DNA of 64,000 nt from Vicinamibacterales bacterium (lineage in GTDB: Bacteria; Acidobacteriota; Vicinamibacteria; Vicinamibacterales; UBA8438). Every line of letters begins with the position of its first letter. Within the stretch, counting starts at the first letter, position 1. A model generated the notes under the pieces. That model was not told where the DNA came from. It saw only the letters and a program-made list of their open reading frames with translations, and ran no database searches. Where the stretch lies: contig OZ244229.1 in assembly GCA_965217045.1 (NCBI GenBank), positions 265,768 to 329,767 of the forward strand. The letters are read 5' to 3'. The position numbers and the translations under genes were made by a program. Below, one piece after another: positions 58,724 through 64,000 of the stretch.

Positions 58724-61700
58724 TTACCACATCCAATCGGTTTCTCCGTGACCGCGCAACGACGGCTCTCGTGACCCTTCTGACAGGCCGCATGCAGGCT
58801 GTCGGTCACCTCGTTGAGCGGTTCGCGGATGTTGACGACCCGTACGTCACGGAGCGCATCTACGCAGTGGCGTACGGGGTGGCCATGCGTTGTCACGATC
58901 CTGTGGCTGTCGGTACTCTGGCAACGCGCGTGTATGAAAGAGTATTCGCTTCGCAGAATCCTCCTGCGCATATCCTCTTGAGGGATTACGCTCGCGGCGT
59001 TATCGAGCGAGCGCTGCACCTTGGCTCAAAAATCGACGTGGTCCCCGATCGCGTTCGCCCGCCCTAGAGCACGTGGCCTGCAATCCCGACCGAGGAGGAC
59101 ATTAAGACTCTGTTACCTAACTGGTCTAAGGGGTCCCATGACAGCGGCGAACTTGAGTGGGCGCACAACCGGATCGGGCACTCGGTCATGGATGACGACT
59201 TCGCACTGTATGTTATCGGTACCAACTCGTCGGATATCGATTGGCTGTCACTCAAGGTGGATGACCCACAGTGGAGGCGGGCGGCTCGACCGGAGGATGC
59301 GTTACGCTCTCTGGTTGACGAGTTCTCGTCCGATGAGCGCAAAGGCTGGGAACAGCTTGTGGCTGCTGCCGAGGTACGTGCGACGGCCTTGCGGTCGTTC
59401 GCTGCCGAATCGTTCGCACGACGCGAGAAGGAGGGCAAATCCGCAAGCCCTGATGTTTCCGATTCGGAAGCCGTGGCGAAGGAATTTGAAAAGGCATGTC
59501 CGTCCGAAAGTGTGGCGCTGGGAGGCGCGCTCGAGCAAGCAATGGGCGCCTTGGAGGCGGTTCTCTCCGACGAGCATGCCGAGTGCTTGGCCGGGATCTT
59601 GTCCTCGCGGGACAACGACCAGGAGTCACGTGAGCCGCCGCGGTTCGCGGTCGGCGAGATTCAGAGGTACGTGCTCTGGCGGGTGTTCGACCTGGGATGG
59701 ACGATCAAGCTTTTCGGGCACTTCGACCGCTTCTCCGTCGGATACCACGGCCGCGACGCGTCCAAGGCTGAGCGAATCGGCAAGAAATACCAGTGGATCG
59801 CATATCATGAAATCATGGCACTGGTTGCCGATCACTACCAATACCGAGACCGTTTTCGCGAGGAAGACGGCGATAGGTTGTATCAAGGACCTTGGCAGAA
59901 TTATTTCCGGGACATCGATCCCTCTTGCACGCTGAGATCACTACCAGGCGGAACCTCCTGGCGTGTTCAGCCAGCGTCGTGGTGGGCGTCGGCTCGGTAC
60001 AATTCTTGGGGAGATCCGGCTAGGCCTCGGGACTGGGTCCTGAGTGCCGACGATTTGCCGAGGGTCGAGGACCTGCTTGTCGTCACGGACTCAGCGGACC
60101 GGTCGGGGTGGGTAAATGGCCAAGGCTCCTTTTCTTGGGAGCAGAAACCGCCGGCAGATAGGGAATCGACGGATGTCGAACTTCGCGAGCTGTGGTACAT
60201 GTTCATCGGCTACCTGGTCCGGGCAGATGATGCCGCGTCGTTCTTAGCGTGGGCCGAGACAGTTGACTTTATGGGCCGTTGGATGCCGGAGGCGGGTGGA
60301 GGCCACGAGGTGTTTCTGGGCGAACACGCGTGGGCGCCGGCCTTTCACTACGTCCAGCGTCCATACTACGGTGAAGGGGGCTGGACCCAGCCGCGCCACG
60401 GCTGCCCAGTGAAGGTTCTGACCCTCACGTCGACGCATCTGCGGGAAAAGAGCGGTTTCGACTGCTCGATGGAAGAGAGTTACACACTCCATCTACCCGT
60501 GGGGGATCTTGTCTGCGGCCTCGGGATTCGATGGAGCGGGCGTGGCGCTGATTTCCTGGATGGTGAGAATCGAATCGTTGCACAGGATCCAGCAGTTCAT
60601 TCCGAGGGTCCGAGCGCCATGCTTCTTAGAGAAGATCTACTTGGAGGGTTTCTCGACCGCGAGAAGCTGACGATCTGCTGGGCGGTCCTGGGTGAGAAGC
60701 GCGTGATTTCGCCGGGCTATGGAGCCGGGGCGCGTTATCCGTGGCTCCGTATGTCCGGCGCGTACAGGCTTTCAAAGGGACGAGCGGTGGGCTTTCTGAA
60801 ACACATGGCCGATGATCTGAAGAGGGAAGAGGGCCACGGCCCTGACTTGAAGGTAGTCAGGATCGTCAGGACTCGGATTGGCAATGGACAGTAGAGACGC
60901 GCGTCGCGGTACGATGGAACCTCGGGTGCGACAGAGCCGGGTCCGCAACCAGCGTCCGCGGATTGTAGGAGGCGGAGCACGACCACGGGATCGTTGGGTG
61001 TATCGGACCGGGGAGGTCGGCGTACCGGGCCGGACGACGATGCATATGACTCTGCAGAGTGGCTCGCGGACAACCTGGGTTGGTCCGGGGGACGAGATCG
61101 GCAACGAACCGAGCGGGAGATCACAAAGGCGCGCGTGGACTGCCTCCGTGCGGACATCGTGGCCGCAAGCCTGTGAGACAACAATAGCCTTGCTCGCATC
61201 GAGGACGCGACACAGCAAAGGATGACAGGCCGCTGGCGCCGGCTCCAGGCTGGCCGGTGGCTGTCCGTGTTCGTCCGTCCGGCCATCGATCACTCGTCGG
61301 CACCGACGTCGCCGCGCTTGCGGCGTGCGCCCGGACCGTTGCGGTCGGGGCAGGGTGACACAATGAGCCGCGGCGTCGCGACAGGCAATCAGAACCCCGT
61401 TGTCCACTGCCGGCCGCTACGACGCCCGGCAATCCGGCTCAGAACGAGGGACGGCTGGTGACTGACCGGCGTACCGTGACCAGCACCGCCGTCCGTGTCG
61501 CTGCCAGAGTGGTCCAACAGAACCACGGCGACGCCGCCTCACCCAACGGGATTCCGACCAATAGCATAAGTTGCATATTCGTAGTTTCTTGTGCCTAGCC
61601 TGTCGCCACGGGTACCACGTCCAGTACCACGCTGGACCGGGGTGTCGCCGGGCACGTTGAGCGCATTGACGACGAGCGGTCCGCCGATGCCACCGTCGCT

Positions 61701-61910
61701 CATTTCGCTCTCGTGGCGCCGACTGTGCCGCCCATCGTGGGGTTCTGGCGGCTCTGTTTCCGTCCGACTCGATGGTGGTCGCCCCGAGTCAGGTGACCGG
61801 CTGTTCGGCGGCTGACGAGTTGGTGTCCGGTTTGCCACCGAGGCGACGAGCGCGTCGGCGTCCATACCGACACCGACGCGCTCGTCGGCGGCCTCGATGG
61901 TTCGGAACGG

Positions 61911-62482
61911 TCAGCCGTTGAGACGCTTGATGGCCCAGCTCGCCTTCTTCCGGCTCATGGTGGAGAGCGACTCCGCATCCATGCCGATCTGCCGTGCCTC
62001 TTCCGGTCTCTGGGCAATCAGGGTCTTGATGTAATCAAGCTGCTTCGCGGTGGCCCTTGGGTCCTGTCCGACCTGGTGTGAGGTGCGGGTTGATTCGCCG
62101 CCGCGGCCTGCGCCGATCTCTGCTCGGCCGGCGCGGCGTCGACGTCGACGTCGTTTGCGTGGGACCGAGACTCGTCGGGAGCGGCGTTTGCCGTCGAGTC
62201 CGGAGTGTCGGCTTCGGCGGCGTCGGGGTCCGCAGTGCCCGCAGGGGCACCGTCGCCGTTGTTGGCGGCCGACCGAGGCGTGTTGCTCGTGGTTTCGGTC
62301 GCCGAATTCGGCGCATCGCGCTCGGCATCGCCCCCATTCTTGGGGGGCAGGTTGAACAGTGCCCGCTGCTCATCGGTCAACGCCTGTTCGTCCAGCCTCT
62401 TCCGGAGCGTCTCGACTTCCTTCGGATCGGCCTGGAGGCGGTTCTTTGCGTCGGCCAGGATGAGAGCGTCCCGGCTGCGCAT
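61911..62482 (-). pseudogene. hypothetical protein with an acidic low-complexity centre and a DUF3072-like C-terminus; apparent frameshift near 62055
   Basis: MRSRDALILADAKNRLQADPKEVETLRKRLDEQ... (frame of ORF 62018-62581) switches frame to ...DPRATAKQLDYIKTLIAQRPEEARQIGMDAESLSTMSRKKASWAIKRLNG, with the stop at 61911. Confidence 0.3.
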
Positions 62483-62488
62483 TCCGGT

Positions 62489-62554
62489 GAAACCGATCAC
62501 CCGTTCCGGTGGCAAACCGATCACCTGTTCCGGCGCAAACCGATCACCTGTCGG
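62489..62554. repeat. three tandem subterminal repeats of about 23 bp at the IS21 (d) end
   Basis: (G/C)AAACCGATCACC(C/T)GT(TC)CGG at 62489, 62513 and 62536. IS21-family ends typically carry multiple IstA-binding repeats. Confidence 0.6.
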
Positions 62555-62577
62555 AGCGAAGCGACGCGGGACGAGAA

Positions 62578-63336
62578 TCATGAGTCCCGGTTCCCCGCTT
62601 GGGTCGACGGCCGGGTTCGCTTTCGCATCGAGTCTCCTTTCAGAGCCAGCTTGTAGGCATTGTGCACGAGACGGTCGAGAATCGCGTCGGCGAGCGTCGG
62701 GTCGCCGACGACGTCATGCCACTTGTCGACGGGAAGCTGGCTGGTCACGACCGTCGAGCGGACGCCGTGGCGGTCCTCGAGGACCTCGAGCAGGTCGTGG
62801 CGGTTTTCCGCGGTGAAGGGGGCCAGCCCCCAGTCGTCCATCACCAGCACCTCGGTCTTGGCGAGCGATTCGAGCAGCTTCGGGTAGCGCCCGTCGGCGC
62901 GTGCAATGGCCAGGGCACTCAGTAGCCGGGACACGCGAACATACAATGCACTGTGTCCGTTGCGGCAGGCGCTGTGGGCGAGCGCGCATCCGATCCAGCT
63001 TTTTCCCACGCCGGTCGGCCCGCAGATCAGGACGTTGAGATGGTCGCGGACCCAGCGTCCGTCGGCGAGCGAGAGGACAAGCTCCTTGTCGAGCCCGCGG
63101 CGGTGACGGAAGTCGATGTCCTCGAGGCAGGCGTCGTGCTTCAGCTTGGCGCGCCGCAGTCGGTTGGTGAGCTGCCGGGAGTGACGCACGGTGAGCTCGC
63201 GGTCGACGAGCAGACCGAGCCGTTCCTCGAACGACAGGGCGTCGACCTCGGACGAGTCGACCTGCTCGGCGAGGGCCTTGGCCATCCCGGCGCATCGTAG
63301 CTGTTGGAGCTTTTCCACGGTCGGATGAGTCAGCAT
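62578..63336 (-). CDS. istB: IS21 helper ATPase IstB (d)
   Basis: MLTHPTVEKLQQLRCAGMAKALAEQ..., Walker A GPTGVGKSW and Walker B VLVMDDWG. An alternative start lies 7 codons upstream at 63357. Confidence 0.9.
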   Translation of the reverse strand: MLTHPTVEKLQQLRCAGMAKALAEQVDSSEVDALSFEERLGLLVDRELTVRHSRQLTNRLRRAKLKHDACLEDIDFRHRRGLDKELVLSLADGRWVRDHLNVLICGPTGVGKSWIGCALAHSACRNGHSALYVRVSRLLSALAIARADGRYPKLLESLAKTEVLVMDDWGLAPFTAENRHDLLEVLEDRHGVRSTVVTSQLPVDKWHDVVGDPTLADAILDRLVHNAYKLALKGDSMRKRTRPSTQAGNRDS

Positions 63337-63356
63337 CTCGGCGTTCCTTTCGGGCA

Positions 63357-64000
63357 TCACTGGTAGTAGAGGGCGCCGCGGATGTTGTCGTGCTCGACCG
63401 GATCGGCGCGTTCGAATTGCTCGGCGGACGTCTCGTCGAGTCGGTGCTTGAGGATCGATTCGACGCTGCGGTAGCTGTAGCTGCCGATGGCCAGCGCCCG
63501 TGTGGCGGCCGCTTCCAGGCGGGTGTCGCCGTGGCACTTGGCCAGGCACAGGAGACCGAGGCAGCAGCGGTAGGCCTGCTGCGGGTGACGCCGGGAATGG
63601 AGGACGGCGGTGATCAAGGCGGCGGTCGCCGGCCCGATCTTCTCGGCCCAGCGGATGAAACGGTCCGGCGTCCATTCGCCCATCTGGCGGTGCTTCTCGG
63701 GCATGTGCTCGGTCGCGGTGGTGTGACGCCCCTTGTGCGAGGAGCGGACGTGGCTGGCGATGCGCTGGCCGCGATGGAAGCACTCGACGGTGCGGGCGGT
63801 CAGTCGGACGTCGAGCTGGCGCCGGACCAGCGCGTGGGGAACCGAGTAGTAGTGGCCGTCAATTTCCACGTGGTAGTCGATGTGCACGCGCACGGTCTTC
63901 CACTCGGCGAAGACGTACGGGCTGGAAGGCAGCGAATGCAGCGCCGGCTGATCGAGCTGCTCGAACTGCGAGCGCCGCGACCCCGGGAGCTTGCGGAACG
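63357..64000 (-). CDS. istA: IS21 transposase IstA (d), C-terminal part; the 5' end is outside the window
   Basis: ORF 63357-63893 extends in frame to the window edge (FRKLPGSRRSQFEQLDQPALHSLPSSPYVFAEWKTVRVHIDYHVE...). Confidence 0.85.
   Translation of the reverse strand, partial: FRKLPGSRRSQFEQLDQPALHSLPSSPYVFAEWKTVRVHIDYHVEIDGHYYSVPHALVRRQLDVRLTARTVECFHRGQRIASHVRSSHKGRHTTATEHMPEKHRQMGEWTPDRFIRWAEKIGPATAALITAVLHSRRHPQQAYRCCLGLLCLAKCHGDTRLEAAATRALAIGSYSYRSVESILKHRLDETSAEQFERADPVEHDNIRGALYYQ

Larger units (their letters stand above)
52630..60894 (+). pseudogene. large conserved protein of unrecognised family (about 1080 codons retained): N-terminus deleted, three IS insertions, one in-frame TAG
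   Basis: The segments 52630-53623, 55647-55731 and 58727-60894 join in frame once the ISs and target duplications are removed (...GGAVDRLV|DWASSLDSGRPINDDAVDLCAVALAWML|TTSNRFLRDRATTALV...). A TAG at 59065-59067 is in frame between ORFs 58771-59067 and 59188-60894. Confidence 0.75.
62477..64000 (-). mobile_element. IS21-family element d (partial; continues beyond the window)
   Basis: istB and the 3' part of istA lie on the minus strand. The terminus near 62477 (TGCGCATTCCGG...) is only a guess. Confidence 0.6.

Noticed and set aside
62489-62554. Possible CRISPR array or tandem-repeat locus
   Set aside because: There are only three directly abutting units of about 23 bp with no spacers, and they lie right next to istB. 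They fit the multiple subterminal repeats of IS21 ends. No CRISPR array was seen anywhere in the window.
62483-62581. First 33 codons of ORF 62018-62581
   Set aside because: They read across the IS21 subterminal repeats (the peptide repeats RFAP/ERVIG mirror the DNA repeats), so this is an artefact of the repeat.
50000-64000. Second att site (direct repeat of the tRNA-Leu 3' end) delimiting the island
   Set aside because: I could not find a repeat of TTCGATCCCCACCC by eye. The boundary may lie beyond the window or may be lost. A computational search is needed.

Overview
High-GC (about 68-70% by eye) bacterial chromosomal segment. The gene content (a VWA protein of the Acidobacteria-associated type, PQQ dehydrogenases, NHL propellers) suggests an Acidobacteriota-like soil organism, but that is inference only.

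Layout:
- 1-1.7 kb: a partial IS4/IS5-superfamily element whose transposase gene is split by an ORF-less group II intron.
- 1.8-11.8 kb: a secreted oxidoreductase cluster with two PQQ-dehydrogenase/NHL-propeller pairs.
- 12-14.8 kb: a frameshifted S8 peptidase.
- 14.85-28.4 kb: a 13.5-kb nest of insertion sequences. It holds three copies of one IS110-family element (one of them split by an IS3), an IS21 element carrying a second IS21 that in turn carries a 101-bp MITE, and an IS21 remnant.
- 28.6-49.8 kb: ordinary metabolic and housekeeping genes. These are a cytochrome c plus membrane-protein trio, an acyl-CoA ligase, a VWA/ABC/AttH-like operon, methylcrotonyl-CoA-carboxylase-like genes, pcm, pheA and several hydrolases.
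- 49.9 kb to the window end: tRNA-Leu(UAA) followed by a P4-type integrase and a decayed island. Its large gene is truncated by an IS3 remnant, carries IS4-like, IS1380 and ISAzo13 insertions plus an in-frame TAG, and is followed by a partial IS21.

Most noteworthy:
- The IS110 copies have about 256-nt structured left ends containing sequence that matches their own junctions, as bridge RNAs do. They sit symmetrically on both termini of an IS21, and two of them are arranged head to tail.
- The group II intron has both its filled site and its empty site inside this window.
- The tRNA-Leu island holds the multiply inactivated large gene, whose family I could not recognise.

All family calls rest on motif recognition by eye. 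No searches were run.
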